Of a stretch of DNA of 64,000 bases, positions 62,894 through 64,000 are shown one piece after another; positions within the stretch are counted from its first letter, which is position 1; every line of letters starts with the position of its first letter. Location of the stretch: the NCBI GenBank assembly GCA_002269645.1, contig NIVC01001057.1, forward strand, positions 124,001 to 188,000. Direction: 5' to 3'. Origin of the DNA: Macrostomum lignano (taxonomy: Eukaryota). Position numbers and translations under genes: made by a program. The notes under the pieces are model-generated. The model searched no databases. It had not been told where the DNA came from and saw nothing but the letters and a program-made list of their open reading frames with translations.

Positions 62894-64000
62894 GCAGGTC
62901 CCTCAGCATATCTGTGCCGAAGCCCCTGCCAATGTGATTGCAGACGCCGCTCAGTCAAAGAACTTTTCGACTTTGTCATTTTTTTAGAAATGGGCTCCGG
63001 AATAAATTGCGTCAATATGGAAGAAAAAATTATGCAAATTTTGGTTTGTGGTTTTGGCCGATCGCTGGGTGTGATTGACAGGGCGATCTTTGCGGCAAGA
63101 AAGCAGCCCGGGACTGCTTATCGATGTCAAGCCGCTGCAGCACCCGGTGCTCTGGGGGGGGGAGTTGGGAGTTCGGCCGCTCCTGGTCGGAGCTGCTGAG
63201 CCATAAGAAGCGGTCGCGGTCCACGTGGGCCGCCATGAGCAGTCACGGGAGCGGCCAAGCGAACCGCCGCTGGCAGCTGGGCGGTCCCCGGGGAGGCTGA
63301 GGATGAGGCGCTGCTAGTGTGTATATATATGAATAGTTTAGCCCGTGTTCACCGGCTCGGGGATTCGAATTCTCTATTCGAGTCCCTCCCTATATACACG
63401 AATTTCTGGTCCGGCTAGTCCACTCCCCCTAGGGATAATTCTCCCCTAAACCCTGCAGAAGCTGGGGATCATTGGGCATCAATCACCCGCCCCCAGCCGC
63501 TCAACAGTTGGCCTCAAGGAGTGGATTGTAGCCGTCTTGAGCAGCTGAGGCTGGTGGGGAGAGAGACCTGAGACATGCCTTGGCGCCGTAATTGCAGTCA
63601 TTCTTCTTCAGCAGAGACTTCGAGTCTGCTATAAGTTGCGTCTCCCCCCCCTGGCTCGGCGCCTCTCCCACTGGGAAGTCATAAATTTGCACCGATCCCG
63701 GCAAAGCAAGGAGGGCTGGGGATTCAGTGAGCTGCCATCGCCTCCCAGAGCAGGTGGCGCAACCCCGCTGAGCTGCGAATTCGAACTGCAGTTGTTATGA
63801 ATCGGGTTATTCGAAAATATTGAAAGCAGAGATTCGAGAGCGAGAAGAGCCGCTTCCTGTGCGGAAGCTGGCAGGACTCGGCGCTTGTCTGCCGGAATTT
63901 CTGCGAACTGAAGGAGCTGTCAGAGTTCAGATTGGGTCGGCCTTGAGTTCGGAAAAATTAATGACTTGTGCGATTTGGTGTTGGAACTCGGAAACAGCAC

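Noticed and set aside
63030-63236. Short minus-strand ORF MAAHVDRDRFLW…
   Set aside because: No homology recognised and no supported splice partner within the window.
1-64000. rRNA/tRNA genes, intact transposase or reverse transcriptase ORFs, prokaryotic defence systems
   Set aside because: None were recognisable by inspection; small ncRNAs cannot be excluded without covariance-model searches.

Overview
Eukaryotic (metazoan) genomic DNA, not prokaryotic. It has GC-rich spliced coding exons, GT-AG introns and about 30 mini/microsatellite arrays (monomers 4-68 bp) covering roughly 40% of the window. The style resembles the free-living flatworm Macrostomum lignano; this is an inference, not verified. 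On the minus strand, in coordinate order: vesicular GABA/glycine transporter (3 exons), a secreted Cys-rich orphan, a clan-2 cytochrome P450 (3 exons), a FAIM-like gene, a plakin-like gene (spectrin-like/SH3/plectin-type repeats) with apparent frameshifts, DNAJC19/Tim14 (with a GC-AG intron), intronless UBE2N/Ubc13 and two signal-anchor ORFs. On the plus strand: a second clan-2 P450 (2 exons) that lacks the I-helix Thr. The most striking pattern is that several arrays are built from the gene-boundary sequence they abut: the first ~33 nt of an exon, a donor/stop, an acceptor, a stop codon or a branch point. Also notable are a 3-kb block almost free of CpG with CpG-decayed hAT-like ends, higher-order repeat structure, inverted sister arrays and a tandem duplication with differential array expansion. 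Array boundaries and copy numbers were read by eye and are approximate.
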